This document shows, piece after piece, positions 48,290 through 62,449 of a stretch of 64,000 nt of DNA. The DNA lies in assembly GCA_051313645.2 (NCBI GenBank), contig JBNRSN020000056.1, positions 5,084,001 to 5,148,000 of the forward strand, given 5' to 3'. Each line of letters opens with the position of its first letter. The first letter of the stretch is position 1. Below the pieces are notes generated by a model. It did no database searches, was not told the DNA's origin, and saw only the letters and a program-made list of their open reading frames with translations. Source of the stretch: Centroscyllium fabricii. Lineage: Eukaryota. A program made the position numbers and the translations under genes.

Positions 48290-50482
48290 GTAAGGGGGAA
48301 AATCGAAAGGGAGCTTTAGGAAAAGTGCATTGTTTACAGCAACCTGACCGTAGCAACAGAATACCTGGTGACCTTAATGTGCACAAAAAACAATAGATAA
48401 GCAATATGTACTCAGCTGAGCTGTGGTCTCAAAGTATCATTGCTGTGGCGATACAATATTCCTCCCAGTGGTTACTGCCACACACACATTGGGGTGGGGG
48501 AATGGTCTATCTGAAATTACAGGAAAGAGGCTCAATCGGCCCGGAAATTCGGGTCGGAGGCTTCCCGTGTGTGCAACCCTCCGACCTGCACTTACCCAGC
48601 GCGCCGGCCGTTGAGCTGTGGGCCCGCGTGGAATTCCGATGCGGGGCCTGTTTCAACTGCCGGCGCGCCGTGCTCACATATCCCAGCAGCGAAGATAGTG
48701 CGATGGATCACGTGGGCCACGGAGAGCCAATCGGAGCACAGAATGTTCCATTCATAAGTTTGACAGGAAGAGCTGTCAAAAGTATGAAAACTACAAGCCC
48801 CAAAACATCACTAAATCTTCAAATAATTTTTTTTTTAAATCATTTTTTAAAAATAACTATCAATTACATTAAATAACTTTTAAACAATAATTAAAATTTT
48901 GAAAAAAAGAATTTTTTCTAACACGAAACTCAAAAGGTTAGTATGCAGGTGCAGCAAGTGATTAAGAAGGCCAATGGAATGTTGGCTTTCATTGCTAGGG
49001 GGATAGAATATAAAAATAGGGAGGTATTGCTTCAGTTGTACAAGGTATTGGTGAGACCGCACCTGGAATACTGCATACAGTTTTGGTGTCCATACTTAAG
49101 AAAGGACATACTCGCTCTCGAGTCAGTACAAAGGTTCACTCGGTTAATCCCAGGGATGAGGGGTTGGACATATGAGGAGAGGTTGAGTAGATTGGGACTC
49201 TACTCATTGGAGTTCAGAAGAATGAGGGGAGATCTTATTGAAACATATAGGATTGTGAAGGGGTTGGATCGGGTGGACGCGGGGAGGATGTTCCCAATGA
49301 TGGGTGAAACTAGAACCAGGGGACATAAACTTAGAATAAGGGGCTGCTCTTTCAAAACTGAGATGAGGAGAAACTACTTCACTCAGAGGGTAGTAGGTCC
49401 ATGGAACATGCTGCCCCAAAAAGCTGTAGAAGCTACATCATTACATAAATTTAAAACAGTAATAGACAGTTTCCTAGTATTAAAAGGAATTAAAGGTTAC
49501 GGGGAGCGGGCAGGAATTTGGACATGAGTCTGGGTTCAGATCGGTCATGGCTCTGTGGGTAGTGGAGCGGGCCCAGGGACCGTGTAGCCTGATCCTGCTC
49601 CTATTTTGTGTGTCTAATTCTGTTAGATGCAGGAGATGCTTCTGTGATAGTAGATTGGTTGTTAGGATCAGATCAGCCATGATCTTGTTGAATGGCGGGG
49701 CGGGCTCGAGGGGCCGATTGGACGACTCTTGCTCCTATTTCTTATGTTCTTATGTAGGACTAAAAATAAACTTACCTTTCTTTAAAGTATTTAAAAAGAA
49801 TAAACCTGTGGAAAAAATGTTTTAGTTTGAATTAATTCACCACTTACCTTGTTAAAAGCAGGCCTCACGACTGCTTTTGACATTTCTAAAATATTCAGAC
49901 TTACCCAGAATGAAAAACCTGTTTAAAAAAAAAATCGGAAGTGCATTGCGCACGCGCTGCCACTCCCGCGCACGCGTTCCGACCTCTGAACCCTTCTGTC
50001 AGGGGTTCAGAAGTGCCGGTTTCCCACGCATGCGCTGTGCATGCACGAAACCGGCACTTTGGATGGGCCTACGGGTGAGTACCCAGCGCGTACTCGCCCG
50101 TGGGGACCCGAATTTCTGGGCCATTATTCCAACGTCCGTCACCATTGCTTCTGTGTTTCTGTGTATTTTGCTCATCTTTAATCAATGATTACTTCTGACC
50201 AGCTTCTTGTCTGAAGTGATCATTTGTTTGATCTGGTTAAAGTGTAATTGACTTGTTCACCTGCCAAAAACTTTCATTTTAAGCAAGTTTTCTTTCCATA
50301 GTGTCTGTGCGTGTGTTTTTATATTTAGTCTTTGAGATGTGAGCCACATTAGCAGGGCCATCATTTAATGTCCTCAGGGCGACTAGGGATGGATATTAAG
50401 GGGGAAAATTCGGTTGCTTGCGCCACCCGTTAGCGCCCTAAGAGAGCTGCTAATGGGGCGCAAGGCACATTATGCAGGCTGG

Positions 50483-51072
50483 CAGGGGCCAGCCTTGGCA
50501 ATTGCGGGGCCCAATTTGGACCAGGGTGGAACCTGAGCAATATGATATTACACGTCACTCAGGGCTGGCTAAACTCAAGTCAGCGTCCAGTCTGATACCT
50601 TAGCATCAATGTGAAAGTAAAGTGATCCAGATCTCCTTCGAGGTTGCTATAATTAGTCATGTTGTGCCTGACTGCTCCGTGCCTGCATTTCAAGTTCAAG
50701 TTTATTGTCACATGTACTAAATACAATCTAGACAGTGAAATGCTTATTGCGATCCGAACGCACCGCGCAACAAGGACATTAAGCTGCTCGGCACGCACGG
50801 AGCCCGCAAGACGTCAGCCATTCTATGGCGCCATCATCGTGGGTCCCGTTTCTGCTCCGGCTACTCAGTTCGATGTTTTTTCCTCTACCGCTCCGTTTAC
50901 TTACCGCTGCCTCTAACTAGCCCTAGACTAATTATTGATTGGTGCCTTTTTGCAGCTCAAAAGAATAAGAGAGTTTGGTTTGAAGGTGTTAGGGTTTTGA
51001 GTACGGACTTTCAAGTAATGGGCGCGGGGCCCCATTGGGTCAAATAGGTTCAATTGGCCTAAGGCCGCCCTG
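50483..51072. mobile_element. hAT-type MITE
   Basis: CAGGG...CCCTG termini; exact 8-bp TSD CAGGCTGG (50475-50482 / 51073-51080). Confidence 0.75.
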
Positions 51073-51421
51073 CAGGCTGGCACTTCAGTGTCACTGGGGT
51101 AGTGCTGCCTTGCCGGAGGTGCTGTCTTTCAGATGAGATATTGATCTGCCTTATTAAGTGGATGTTAAAGATCCCACGACACTGTTTGAAGACGAGCAGG
51201 GGAGTTCTCCTGGTGTCCCGGCCAACATTTCACCCTCATCCAACACCAACAAAAACTTGTTAGTTTTGCTGTCTGTGAGCAAAATGGCTGCTGTGTTTGC
51301 CTACATAACAGTGACTACATTTCAAAAGTGATGCATTGGCTGTGAAATGCCTTGGAATGTTCTGAGGATGTAAAAGGTGGTATGTAAATACACAAGCTTC
51401 ATTTCCCTTCTTTGTTAATTG

Positions 51422-51722
51422 ATAATAATAATAATAATAATTCAACTTTATTATCATTATACAATGTACAAGTACATGAACAACGAAATGTGATCTTGCA
51501 AGCTCCCAAGAGTCCAGCAAAGCCGCTGCGTCTGTGCGCGCCGCCATTCCATCTTTCCATCATTCCGACAATCTTCAGCCAACCGCCCCTCCCCGGGGCT
51601 CCTTTCGTGACCTTCTGCACCTGGCATTCCCTGGTGGTCGCCCCTCCAAGTACTAACCAGGCCTGGCCCTGCTTCGCTTCCATGCCTTGCCAGTGGCCCT
51701 GTCCCTAGTCCCAGGAACAGGG
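51422..51722 (-). mobile_element. 5S rRNA-derived SINE (SINE3-like), copy 2
   Basis: Closely similar to 8423-8719 over its full length, with the same ends. Confidence 0.8.
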
Positions 51723-51759
51723 TATCCTTGAATGGTGCATTTCTGCCTTTAATCAGGTA

Positions 51760-52122
51760 CAGGCTGAGCACCGTTAATCCGGCACCCTCAGGACCAGGCT
51801 GGTACCGGACCACTGAAAATTCAGAAGCATTTAGGTTTTGGGGGGAGCGCGCGGGTAGAACACTCCCCGGGGCCCGGAGCGCGCGGGTAGAACACTCCCC
51901 GGGGCCCGGAGCGCACAGGTAGAACACTCCCCGGGAGGGAGCCCGGGGATAAAACACTTACAAAACCTAAAAAAACAGAAACCCAAATGCCCGCCGGCTT
52001 CAGCGCTCGCTCACCCTTCCCGGGAAACGGTGACGCCGCCGAGCGCCTCCTCTCCAAAATGAAGAGTGCCGGTTTCCAATAGTACCGGACCATCGGGTGC
52101 CGGATTACCGGTGCTCAACCTG
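51760..52122. mobile_element. Tigger-like MITE (unexpanded relative of the 58832 element)
   Basis: TA-flanked TIRs; three GCGCGCGGGTAGAACACTCC units. Confidence 0.88.
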
Positions 52123-54035
52123 TATTCTCCCAGTCTCTATTCTCCCAGTCTCTCTTGTCTCCTGTGAAGCGCCTTAGGGCGTTTTACTACATTAAAGGCG
52201 CTATATAAATACAAGTTACTTGTAGTGTGCAGGTACAGCAAGTAATTAGGAAAGCTAATAGAATGTTATTGTTTATTGCGAGGGGAATTGAATACAAAAG
52301 TAGGGAGGTTATGCTTCAGTTATACTTCTTAGGCAGTCCCTGGGAACCGAGGATGACTTGCTTCCACACTAAAAATGAGTTCTCAGGCGACTGATGAGTC
52401 CAATGCGGGACCTACAGTCTCTGTCCCAGGTGGGGCAGACGGTGGTTGAAGGGGCGGGTGGGTTGACTTGCACTTGGCTTCTGCTTGCTCCCGCCGAAGA
52501 GACGGGGATAGGGTGGGGTGTGTGTCGGTACAAGCTCGATAGGGATCGAAGGATATGGGGAGAGGGCAGGGACAGGGTACTGGATTTGGATGATCAGCCA
52601 TGATCTCATTGAATGGCGGAGCAGGCTCGAATGGCCGACTCCTGCTCCTATCTTCTATGTTTCTATGACTCGAGGTGCTCGGCACCTTCCCAGATGCTTC
52701 TCCTCCACTTTGTGCGGTCTTGGGCCAGGGATTCCCAGGTGTAGTGGGGATGTTACACTTTTTCAAGGAGGCTTTGAGGGTGTCCTTGAAGCGTTTCCTT
52801 GGCCCACCTGAGGCCCTCTTGCCGTGCCGGACAATGTGAGTCGTCCATCTGAGCTGATCGAGCGTGGTCAAAGCTTCGATGCTAGGCATGTTGGCCTGAG
52901 CGAGAACACTGACGTTGGTGCGCCTATCCTGCCAATGGATTTGCAGGATCCTGCGGAGGTAGCTACTCAGTTACACTGGGCATTGGTGAGACCACATCTG
53001 GAGTACTGCGTACAGTATTGGTCTCCTTATTTAAGGAAGGATGTAAATGTGTTGGAAGCAGCTCGGAGAAGGTTTACCAGACTAATACCTGGAATGGGCG
53101 GGTTGTCTTATGAGGAAAGGTTGGACAGGCTAGACTTGTATCCACTGGAGTTTAGAAGAGTGAAAGGTGTCTTGATTGAAACATACAAGATCCTGAGGGG
53201 TCTGGACAGGGTGGATGTGGAGAGGGTGTTTCCTCTTGTGGGAGAATCTAGAATCAGGGGTCACTGTTTAAAAATAAGGGGTCACCCATTTAAGACAGAG
53301 ATGAGAGAATTTTTTTCTCAGGGGGTGGTGAGGCTTTGGAACTCTCTTCCTCAGGGCGGTGGAATCATAGAATCACTACAGTGCAGATAGAGGCCATTTC
53401 AGCCCATTACATATCCCACCCTATCCCCGTAACCCCACATATTCAATCCCCCTAACACTAAGGGTCAATTTATCATGGCCACTTAATCAACCTAACCCGC
53501 ACATCTTTGGACTGTGGGAGGAAAGCGGAGCACCCGGAGGAAACCCACGCAGACACGGGGAGAATGTGCAAACTCCACACAGATAGTCACCCGAGGCTGG
53601 ATTTGAACCCGGGCCCCATGTGCTGTGAGGCAACAGTGCTAACAACTATGCCACTGTGCTGCCGTGGAAGCAGAGTCTTTGAATATTTTTAAGGCTGAGG
53701 TCGATAGATTCTTGATAAACAAGGGGGGGGGTGAAAGGTTATCGGGGTAGGCAGAAATGTGGAGTAATCGGATCAGCCATGATCTTATTGAATGGCGCAG
53801 CAGGCTCGAGGGGGCCGAGTGGCCGACTCCTGCTCCTAGTTCGTACGTAAGTTGTTGTCGTTGTCTTCAGGCCAATATTTCTCTTCAGCAATGCCACCAA
53901 GAACACACTAAACCTGTTCGCGGAATGTTTCCAGCGCAGATTGTCCATCAAGTTTACCTGCATCAAAACAAGTCATTGCATTTCAAAATGAATTCATTGT
54001 ACTGTATATGAAGTGCTTGTAGATGTTTTGAGGTA

Positions 54036-54660
54036 CAGGTTGAAGTTCGTTAATCCGGCAGGGTCGGGACCAGCACCCGGCCGAATTATTGAAAACGCCG
54101 AATGATTGAAGCTTCGGCGGCGCATGCGCAGAACATTCAAAATGGCTGCCGCAAAATTTTTAATGCTCTGCGCATGCGCCGCCGGTACCTGGAAGGTGAT
54201 TTTCGGCCCTAGGGTCGGGTGGAACTCACAGGACGCGCTCGATTCTGCTGCCCACGGTGGATCAGGGAGCGGGCTGCACGGCTCCAGCGGGCCTGAGGCC
54301 CAATGCACGGCTCAAGCCCGGCTCACGTGACGCCACCGCACGCCAGCTTCGGAACGCAGTGACGTCAGCACGCAGCAGCCCCCGGCAGCGGTGGGGAGCC
54401 AGTGCGCCGAGTTTTGGCTGCACCGCGTCCTGCGAAAGGCGGCAACAGCTCATCTTCTGGGCCTGGGATTCACCATCGGCATCGGGGTGGTCACTAAGCC
54501 GGGATCCAGTGAGTATCTGTTAGGTGAAAGGGAAGCCCAGCCCAGCCCCGACGGCGGCCATTTTGAATTGTCTGCGCATGCGCCGGGCAGTCGGGAAAAT
54601 CTGTGCCGAACGACTGAAGCTGCCGGTTTTTCGGGTGCCGGATTAACGAACTTCAACCTG
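54036..54660. mobile_element. Tigger-like MITE ending 54 bp before exon 8
   Basis: TA|CAGGTTGAAGTTCGTTAATCCGGCA...TGCCGGATTAACGAACTTCAACCTG|TA. Confidence 0.9.
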
Positions 54661-54714
54661 TAATAGGGTGCTATAGAATTGCAAATATAATCATCATTAA
54701 TGACTTGCCTGCAG

Positions 54715-54870
54715 CAAATCAGCCAGCACCAAGAGCACTTCATCCAGATGTTGAACGAGCCAATGGAGGATGTTGTCGAGGTCGAAGGGGAGATGGGAGC
54801 GGTCGGAGAGGATACATCGCAGGTGAACTACATTCAGGTTTCACCCCAAGAGAAAGAAGCCATAGAGCGG
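54715..54870 (+). CDS. RAD23A: RAD23A-like exon 8
   Basis: ctgcag acceptor; [52 protein letters not shown]; donor GTCAGT. Confidence 0.96.
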
Positions 54871-57800
54871 GTCAGTGAAAACCAGTAAAGAAACATAGCT
54901 AAACTAGAAGAGCGCTTTTCATAGAATTGAAAACAGACCCTTCCTACGTCTTGTGGTGTCCTGACTCTCTCAAATCAGTCAGTGGGATTTTCAGCAGTGG
55001 GCTATTTAAAACAAAGATAGGGTAAAACATAGAAATATAGAAGATAGGAGCAGGAGTCGGCCATTCAGTCCCTCGAGCCTGCTCCGCCATTCAATGAGAT
55101 CATGGCTGATCATCCAAACTCAGTACCCTGTCCCTGCCTTCTCCCCATATCCCTTTAGCCTTAAGAAATATATCCAACTCCTTCTTGAATCTATTTAATG
55201 AATTGGCCTCAACTGCCTTCTGTGGTAGAGAATTCCACAGGTTCACCACTCTCTGGGTGAAGAAATTCCTCCTCATCTCTGTCCTAAATGGCTTACATAG
55301 AAACATAGAAGATAGGAGCAGGAGTCGGCCATTCGACCCTTCGAGCCTGCTCCGCCATTTAATGAGATCATGGCTGATCATCCAAACCCAGTACGCTGTC
55401 CCTGCCTTGTCCCCATATCCCTCGATCCCCATCGAGCCTGCACCGACACATATCCCACCCTATCCCCGTAACCCCACATATTCAATCCCCCTAACACTAA
55501 GGGTCAATTTATCATGTCCAATCAACCTAACCTGCACATCTTTGGACTGGGAGGAAACCGGAGCACCCGAAGGAAACCCACGCAGACACGGGGAGAATGT
55601 GCAAACTCCACACAGATAGTACCCGAGGCTGGATTTGAACCCGGGTCTCTAGTGCTGTAAGGCAACAGTGCTAACCACTATGCCACCGTGCCCCCCTTAT
55701 CCTTAGACTGTGACCCCTGGTTCTGGACTCCCCGGCCATCGGGAACATCCTTGCTGTATCTAGTCCTGTTAGAATTTTATAAGTTTCAATGAGATCCCCT
55801 CTCATTCTTCTAAACTCCAGTGAATGCAAGCCCAATCGACCCAATCTATTTTCATTCGTCATTCCTGCCATCCCAGGTATCAGCCTGTTGAATCTTCACT
55901 GCACTCCCTCCAGGGCAAGAACATCATTCCTCAGATAAGGCGACCAAAACTGCACACAATACTCAAGGTGTGGGCTCACCAAGGCCCTGTACAACTGCAG
56001 CAAGACATCCTTGTTCCTGCACTCGAACCCTCTCGCTACGAAGGCCAACAGACCATTTACCTTCTTAACCGCCTGCTGCACCTGCATGCTTACCTTCAGC
56101 GACTGGTGCACAAGAACACCCTTCTCCCAATCTGTTGCCGTTCAGATAATAATCTGCCTTCCTGTTTTTGACACCAAAGTGGATAACCTCGCATTTATCC
56201 ACGTTATATTGCATCTGTCATGGGGAAAGGAGCTGGATAAGGAACTCTGGCTGATCTTTTTACCTTGACTTGCCATTTCAACCATGGCTCAGTGAGAAGC
56301 ACTCTCACCCCTTGAGTCAGAAGTCTCACTCCAGATACTTGAGCACAAAATTCTAGGCTGAGACTGCAGTGCAGCACTGAGGGAGCGCTGCACTGTCGGA
56401 GGTGCCGTCTTTCAGTTGAGATGTTAAACTGAGGCCCCGTCTGCTCTCGCGAGTGGATGTGAAAGATCCCGTGACGCTATGTGGAAGAGGAGCAGGGGGG
56501 AGTTCTCCCCGGTGTCCTGGCCAAATTATATCCCTCATTCAACATCACTAAAACAGATTATCTGGGTCATTATCACATTGCTGTTTGTGGGAGCTTGCTG
56601 TGCGCAAATTGGCTGTTGCATTTCCCACATTACAACAGCGACTCCACTTCAAAAGTGCTTCATTGGCTGTAAGGTGCTTTGCGACGTCCTGAGCTTACGA
56701 AAGGTGCTATATATATATATATATGCAAGTCTGTCTTTCAATGTTTCTGTCAGTCACTCGGGCGCTGCAATTCACAGGGGCCACGTAGCTTTTAATCAAA
56801 TCTCAAACTCGGTTCTCTTAATCTCATGAAGGTAGAAATGGTCCTTGCAGATACTTTGAAAAATTCTGGAGTTTTTTAGTGTCTTGTGTTTCTCGACTGA
56901 AGATTGGAACAGATGATTTTTTTTTGTGGCTCTTATCCAATGTTATTGCAGTAACCCTTCAGTAAGAGTGATTACACGGCAGAAGTACAGCTGTGGAAAG
57001 GCACCATATGGGCCCACTCTGGCTCAGGTGACTCCGACTTGAGAAAGGGTACAGGTTTACTTAAGTACCGCTAAAGCCAGGAATAGAGTCATAGAGCCAT
57101 AGAGTTTTACAGCATAGAAACTAGGAGCAGGTGTAGGCCATTCGGCCTTTCGAGCCTGCTCCGCCATTCAATGAGATCATGGCTGATCATCCAAACCCAG
57201 TACCCTGTCACTGCCCTCTCCCCATATCCCTCGATCCCTATCGAACCTGCATATCCCACCCTATCCCTGTAACCCCACATATTTAATCTCCCTAACACTA
57301 AGGGTCAATTTATCATGGCCAATCAACCTAACCCGCACATCTTTGGACCTTAAGGAAAGAGGCCCTTCGGCCCATCGTGTCCGCGCCGGCCATCGAGCCC
57401 TGTCTATTCTGCTCCCATTTTCCAGCGCTTGGTCTGTAGCCTTGCATGCTATGGCATTTCAAGTGCTCATCTAAATGCTTCTTGAATGTTTGTAAGAAGT
57501 CGCACAACACCAGGTTATAGTCCAACAGTTTTATTCGAAATCACAAGCTTTTGGAGCGCAGCTCCTCCACTTCTTGAATGTTGTTGAGGGTTCCTGCCTC
57601 GACCACCCTTTCAGGCAGTGAGTTCCAGATTCCAACCACCCTCTGGGTGAAAAAGTTCTTCCTCAAATCCCCTCTAAACCTCCTGCCCCTTACCTTGAAA
57701 CTATGCCCCCTTGTTATTGACCCCTCTACTGAGGGGAAAAGTTCCTTTCTATCTACCCTCTCTATGCCTCTCATAATTTTGTACACCTCAATCAGGTCCC

Positions 57801-58831
57801 CCCTCAGCCTTCTCTGCTCCAAGGAAAACAACCCCAGCCTGTCCAGTCTTTCTTCATAGCTGAAGCACTCCAGCCCAGGTAACATCCTGGTGAATCTCCT
57901 CTGCACCCTCTCCAAAGCAATCACATCCTTCCTATAGTATGGCGACCAGAACTGCACACAGTATTCCAGCTGTGGCCTAACTAGCATCATGGCTGTCTGG
58001 AGCTTATTTGATTTCTTTCAGGTCTCGGGCAGGAATTTCCCAGTCTTTTCTTCTGAAATTGGCCACTTTTTTTGCCCCCCTCCCCAAACCAGACGTTGCC
58101 ATACTAATCGTCGGGAGGCTGGTGTCAGCAGTGGCGCGCATGATGAGAGCCTTGGGGCACTTTACTAAGTTAAAGGTGCTATATAAATAGCTGTTGATGG
58201 TCCCGATGCTCTATTCTTGTCCGTGAACTCCAGAGGAATTTATCGTCTGTATCAAACGGGCACTTCTGGCGGGCTGCCACATTTGATGAACTGGTTACTA
58301 ACGAGTGTAAAACTTTTGCTTAATTTCCTTTTTCTTCCCTCCTGTCTCAAAAGGCGCTGGCTTGTGCTGCCTATCTTGTGACAGGCGGATTTTACTATAG
58401 CCCTGCGGATCTTAAAGTGACCATCCTACCCGGTTGTCGGCAGACTGCTTGACCGCCCTCGCCTGACGTCCATGCACATGCACTTCCTCTGGCTGATCAC
58501 TATATAGCAATGCGGAAAGGGTTATCCTGCATTGCTTTCTCCTCGGCCCTGCTCTCCTCACCCCGGGGTACAGAGGACAATTGCAGTGCCCTCGCCCACC
58601 ACCTCGGATATGAGAGAGAGCAGCAGACGTGTGATCGACAAGTGTCCGTACAATATTTCTATTAAATTGTTAGCATTGAGATCTAGTTATAGTCAGTAGA
58701 TCATTACAAGCAATTAGTTGCTCATTTATAACTGGACATAATTCATTTTTAAAATCTCTCTATACAATTATAAACTGACGGGGAGAGATATAGAGACAAT
58801 TGAAGGGAAACGGTTTATTTAAAATTTAATA

Positions 58832-61196
58832 CAGGTTGAGCACCGGTAATCCGGCACCCTCGGACCACGACAGTGCCGGACCATTGAAAATTCGGAACCA
58901 CTGAAGGTTCGGGGAGCGCGCGGGTAGAACACTCCAACTGGCCGCAGCGCGCGGGTAGAACAGTCCAATTGGTCGCAGCACGCTGGTAGAACAGTCCAAT
59001 TGGTCGCAGCGCGCAGGTAGAACAGTCCAATTGGTCGCAGCGCGCGGGTAGAACAGTCCAAATGGCCACAACGCACGGGTAGAACAGTCCAAATGGCCAC
59101 AGCGCGCGGGTAGAACAGTCCAATTGGTCACAGCGCGCGGGTAGAACAGTCCAAATGGCCACAGCGCACGGGTAGAACAGTCCAATTGGTCGCAGCACGC
59201 GGGTAGAACAGTCCAATTGGTCGCAGCGCGCAGGTAGAACAGTCCAATTGGTCGCAGCGCACGGGTAGAACAGTCCAAATGGCCACAGCGCGCGGGTAGA
59301 ACAGTCCAATTGGTCGCAGCGCACGGGTAGCACAGTCCAAATGGCCACAGCGCGCGGGTAGAACAGTCCAATTGGTCGCAGCACACAGGTAGAACACTCC
59401 AACTGGCCGCAGCACGCGGGTAGAACAGTCCAATTGGTCGCAGCGCGCGGGTAGAACACTCCAACTGGCCGCAGCGCGCGGGTAGAACACTCCAACTGGC
59501 CGCAGCGCGCGGGTAGAACACTCCAAGTGGCCGCAGCACGCGGGTAGAACACTCCGACTGGCCGCAGCGCACGGGTAGAACACTCCAACTGGCCGCAGCG
59601 CGCGGGTAGAACACTCCAACTGGCCGCAGCGCGCGGGTAAAACAGTCCAAATGGCCGCAGCGCGCGGGTAGAACAGTCCAAATGGCCGCAGCACGCGGGT
59701 AGAACAGTCCAAATGGCCGCAGCACACAGGTAGAACACTCCAACTGGCCGCAGCGCGCGGGTAGAACACTCCAACTGGCCGCAGCGCGCGGGTAGAACAG
59801 TCCAAATGCCGCAGCGCGCGGGTAGAACAGTCCAAATGGCCGCAGCACACAGGTAGAACACTCCAACTGGCCGCAGCGCGCGGGTAGAACACTCCAACTG
59901 GCCACAGCGCGCGGGTAGAACACTCCAACTGGCCGCAGCGCGCGGGTAGAACAGTCCAAATGGCCACAGCACACAGGTAGAACACTCCAACTGGCCACAG
60001 CGCGCGGGTAGAACACTCCAACTGGCCGCAGCGCGCGGGTAGAACAGTCCAATTGGTCGCAGCGCACGGGTAGCACAGTCCAAATGGCCACAGCGCGCGG
60101 GTAGAACAGTCCAATTGGTCGCAGCACACAGGTAGAACACTCCAACTGGCCGCAGCACGCGGGTAGAACAGTCCAATTGGTCGCAGCGCGCGGGTAGAAC
60201 ACTCCAACTGGCCGCAGCGCGCGGGTAGAACACTCCAACTGGCCGCAGCGCGCGGGTAGAACACTCCAAGTGGCCGCAGCACGCGGGTAGAACACTCCGA
60301 CTGGCCGCAGCGCACGGGTAGAACACTCCAACTGGCCGCAGCGCGCGGGTAGAACACTCCAACTGGCCGCAGCGCGCGGGTAAAACAGTCCAAATGGCCG
60401 CAGCGCGCGGGTAGAACAGTCCAAATGGCCGCAGCACGCGGGTAGAACAGTCCAAATGGCCGCAGCACACAGGTAGAACACTCCAACTGGCCGCAGCGCG
60501 CGGGTAGAACACTCCAACTGGCCGCAGCGCGCGGGTAGAACAGTCCAAATGCCGCAGCGCGCGGGTAGAACAGTCCAAATGGCCGCAGCACACAGGTAGA
60601 ACACTCCAACTGGCCGCAGCGCGCGGGTAGAACACTCCAACTGGCCACAGCGCGCGGGTAGAACACTCCAACTGGCCGCAGCGCGCGGGTAGAACAGTCC
60701 AAATGGCCACAGCACACAGGTAGAACACTCCAACTGGCCACAGCGCGCGGGTAGAACACTCCAACTGGCCGCAGCGCGCGGGTAGAACACTCCAACTGGC
60801 CACAGCGCGCGGGTAGAACAGTCCAAATGGCCGCAGCGCGCGGCTAGAACACTCCAACTGGCCGCAGCGCGCGGGTAGAACACTCCAACTGGCCGCAGCG
60901 CGCGGGTAGAACAGTCCCAACTGGCCGCAGCGCGCGGGTAGAACAGTCCAAGGACCACTGAAGGTGTCGGACGGATCTCGCGGGTAGAGCACTCCACGGG
61001 GCCGGAGCGCGCGGGCGGAACACTCCCCGGGAGGGAGCCCGGGGATAGAACACCTAAAGTACCAGCAAACCAAACCGCGGGAAACGCCGGCGCCGCTGAG
61101 CAGCTGCTCGGCAAACTGAAGACCGCCGCTTTGATTTCGTGCCGGACCACTGAATGTGCCGGACCATCGGGTGCCGGTTTACTGGTGCCCAACCTG
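58832..61196. mobile_element. Tigger-like MITE expanded by a ~2-kb internal satellite
   Basis: TA|CAGGTTGAGCACCGGTAAT...GGTGCCCAACCTG|TA. Confidence 0.88.
58915..60950. repeat. 31-bp satellite (~65 units) with a 743-bp higher-order duplication
   Basis: Unit GGTAGAACA(C/G)TCCAA(C/A/T)TGG(C/T)CGCAGCGCGCG; rare variants recur at +743 (59331/60074, 59527/60270, 59640/60383). Confidence 0.93.
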
Positions 61197-61198
61197 TA

Positions 61199-61880
61199 CA
61201 GGTTGAGTGCTGGTATTCCGACACCCGATGGTCCGGCACCTTCAGTGGTCCGGCACGAATCGAAACCGGCGCTCTTCAGTTTGCGGGGCAGCCGCTCGGC
61301 GGCGCCACCGTTTCCCGCTGTAAAGCATGTACATTTATTTTTCAAAAAATTACATTTTTGTTTTAAATATTAAATTAAATGCCATTTTAATTACTTTTAA
61401 ATATGTGATTATCTTTATTTATTTGATATCTAGGTGTATTTTCTGGGGTCTTCCAATTCATACTTATGGGGTTTCCATACATACGGAATACCGATAAGAA
61501 TGAATGGGGATTCCCTTCTCTCATTCGTTAGACCAGCCCACGTGATCCCAGGGACGCTCGCGAACCGCCTGCACCCCGGGATACGTGGGCCTCTACCCGC
61601 CAGCACCCGGAGAGTCCCAGGACCGCCAATCTCCGGACCTCCTGGATCACCAGTTAGGCGGGCAATTTATTTGTGGATCGGTGGCATTTCCCCGCGGGAA
61701 GCCTCTGACCACAAATTCAGCCCCATCAATTATCTCTGCCATCCCCTCACTCTGAAGTACAAGGTAGTTCTGCTAATCAGTAAGTTTTCGATCCCTTCTT
61801 CAACCTTCAGTGGTTCGGAATTTTCAATGGTCCGGCACCGGCCTGGTCCCGAGGGTGCCGGATTACCGATGCTCAACCGG
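61199..61880. mobile_element. Second Tigger-like MITE abutting the first across one TA, internally interrupted
   Basis: CTG|TA|CAG junction at 61197-61198; right end GATTACCGATGCTCAACCGG|TA. Confidence 0.72.
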
Positions 61881-62079
61881 TATTTTAATGCAGCTTATAT
61901 TTTTAAAAAATTTGCACCTCAGCATATGAAAAAATGGGTTAGATTTTAAGCAGAAACCCTAATTCAGAACTGATGATAGGTCCCCACTCGAAGCCTGCCT
62001 GATGGGCCTGTATACCGTTTAAAACATTTATTTCCGGTTTCCTGTGTTTGGTATTCCTTTTCCTTTCCATTTTTGTTCA

Positions 62080-62449
62080 AATTCTCATCCTCATTTTCAA
62101 AATCTCTCCATGGCCTCGCCCCTCCTTATCTCTGCAACCTCCTCCAGCGCTAAAACCTTCCGAGATCTCTGCGTTCCTCCAATTCTGGCCTCTTGCACGT
62201 CGCTGATTTTCCACCGCTCCACCATTGGCGGCCGTGCTTTCAATTACCTGGGGCCCTGAGTTCTGGAATTCCCTCCCTAAACCTCTCCGCCTCTCTCTCC
62301 TCCTTTTAAGACGCTCCTTAAAATTTACCTCTTCGATCAAGCTTTTCGTCACCCTGTCCTAATTTCTCCTTATGTGGCTCGGCGTCAGATTTTGTTTGAT
62401 AAAGCCCGTGAAGCGCCTTGGGACGTTTTAATCCGTTAAAGGCACAGTA
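62080..62449 (+). mobile_element. L2-type LINE 3' end
   Basis: CTCCATGGCCTCGCCCCTCC...GGCCGTGCTTTC...CTGGAATTCCCTCCC...GTGAAGCGCCTTGGGACG tail; continues after the MITE. Confidence 0.7.

Noticed and set aside
58915-60950. CRISPR-like array, or 555-839 aa ORFs on the minus strand
   Set aside because: The units are contiguous with no unique spacers; the ORFs only reflect a stop-free 31-bp repeat inside a MITE.
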